Shown one piece after another: positions 62,339 through 64,000 of a stretch of DNA of 64,000 nucleotides; position 1 is the first letter of the stretch, and every line of letters starts with the position of its first letter. A program made the position numbers and the translations under genes. Origin of the DNA: Lytechinus pictus. Lineage: Eukaryota. The stretch is from contig NC_087250.1 in the NCBI RefSeq assembly GCF_037042905.1, positions 24,740,001 through 24,804,000 on the forward strand, given 5' to 3'. The notes under the pieces were generated by a model. The model ran no database searches. It saw nothing but the letters and a program-made list of their open reading frames with translations, and was not told the origin of the DNA.

Positions 62339-64000
62339 CAGTGGCGTAACTACGGGGGGGGGCATGGGGGGCACGTGCCCCCCCCCCCCCAATCGGCTGG
62401 AAGAAAAAAAAAACCGGGGAAAAGGAGAAAACGAGGGAGAAAGGAAGAGAAACGTAGTGGGAAAGAAGAAATCATTGTCCATTATAATGCTATATTATAT
62501 TATGTTATGTTATATTACATAATGTTATGTTATATTACACAAGAAACATTTTTTTTCATAACTATATGAAACATTATTTTGCTTAGGCCTATGTCTTCAT
62601 TTTTTCTGGTGCTCGCATAGACTGTTTAACGAGATATATAATTTTGTTGTACTAAAACCTCCCGTTTTCAAGTCGATATACACCAAATATATTTCCTCGC
62701 AATTCGATTTATTGTTGTTTGTACTGACATACAGCTGTATGCTTCTAACTACTTAAAGTGATTGCCCCATTTTAAGGTCTTAGTATAAAACATTTCCTGT
62801 CCGTGCTTACGTTTGCATTAGTGGATTGGTGAGATGTCTGCTCTTCATGAGTTCCTAAAATCAGTCCTTAAAATGTGCATTTTTTCTGATCTGAATACCA
62901 AAATTTTCAGCTCGGACTTCGCGCTCGCATCATTTGCTTAGTGAAATACATGCGGTCTTAGTGAATTCTTACAAACAAGCCTGAGAATGCCTCTCTTCAG
63001 GTCTGATTTTCCTAATTTTTAAGCTCGCGCTTCGCGCTCGCAGTATTTGATGAGTGAGATGCGTATAATCATGATTATAATGACTTCAAAAAGTGCTTCA
63101 TGTGTTTAAATGTAATTCTAAAAAAATCAGCAATCACTTGGCACTCGCATTAGATCACTATGGTTAGATATGTATACTCTTAATGGATTCCTAAAAATAG
63201 TCCTTAAAATATCCATGTTAGGGTCAATATATACACAAATTTCAGCTCGCGCTACGCGCTCGCATCATTTGGTTAGCGAAATACGTATGGTATTCATTAA
63301 TTCCAACAAACAAACCTCAAAATGCTGGTCTGACTTTCCTAAATTTTCAACTAGCGCTCGCAATAATTTATTAGTGAGATGCGTATGTTAATCATGATTA
63401 CAATGACTTCATGTATTTAGATGTAATTCTAACCAATTCTGGTGCTCGCATAGACTGTTTAACGAGATATATAATTCTGTTGTACTAAAACCTCCCGTTT
63501 TCAAGTCGATATACACCAAATATATTTCCTCGCAATTCGATTTATTGTTGTTTGTACTGACATACAGCTGTATGCTTCTAACTACTTAAAGTGATTGCCC
63601 CATTTTAAGGTCTTAGTATAAAACATTTCCTGTCCGTGCTTACGTTTGCATTAGTGGATTGGTGAGATGTCTGCTCTTCATGAGTTCCTAAAATCAGTCC
63701 TTAAAATGTGCATTTTTTCTGATCTGAATACCAAAATTTTCAGCTCGGACTTCGCGCTCGCATCATTTGCTTAGTGAAATACATGCGGTCTTAGTGAATT
63801 CTTACAAACAAGCCTGAGAATGCCTCTCTTCAGGTCTGATTTTCCTAATTTTTAAGCTCGCGCTTCGCGCTCGCAGTATTTGATGAGTGAGATGCGTATA
63901 ATCATGATTATAATGACTTCAAAAAGTGCTTCATGTGTTTAAATGTAATTCTAAAAAAATCAGCAATCACTTGGCACTCGCATTAGATCACTATGGTTAG
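62339..64000 (+). mobile_element. CAGTGGCG-terminal non-autonomous element with GCGCTTCGCGCTCGCA repeats and an internal 833-bp tandem duplication
   Basis: Left end CAGTGGCGTAACTACGGGG. The sequence from 62604 is repeated almost identically from 63437 to the window end. Confidence 0.65.

Overview
Eukaryotic, AT-rich, repeat-dense genomic DNA. The repeat families and the gene look echinoderm (sea-urchin-like), which is an inference. (1) 1-16 kb holds two virtually identical, tail-to-tail copies of an intact Ngaro/DIRS-group tyrosine-recombinase retrotransposon (gag, RT-RNase H, YR). The right-hand copy appears complete (~8933-16012). It has a ~1.65-kb strongly base-paired 3' non-coding region and short mutually complementary segments at its two ends; I could not find the split direct repeats typical of Ngaro. 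(2) 16.9-27.4 kb is a nested transposon pile: a 10.5-kb non-autonomous element (5-bp TSD) inserted in an L2-like LINE tail, carrying a 5.8-kb TU/Foldback-type element with 15-bp-repeat arms and a 9-bp TSD. (3) 30-33.5 kb is a ~1.1-kb tandem triplication. (4) 35.9-60.6 kb is a minus-strand gene. I reconstructed 17 exons into one open frame (>=1145 aa) with the inferred architecture ZU5-UPA-DD-DD-acidic-DD-DD-ZU5-UPA-DD, including two inferred microexons. Its introns hold LINEs, MITEs, a second TU-type element, a Helentron-like element and a Penelope-like palindrome with a hammerhead-like core. All domain calls come from motifs read by eye; no database searches were run.
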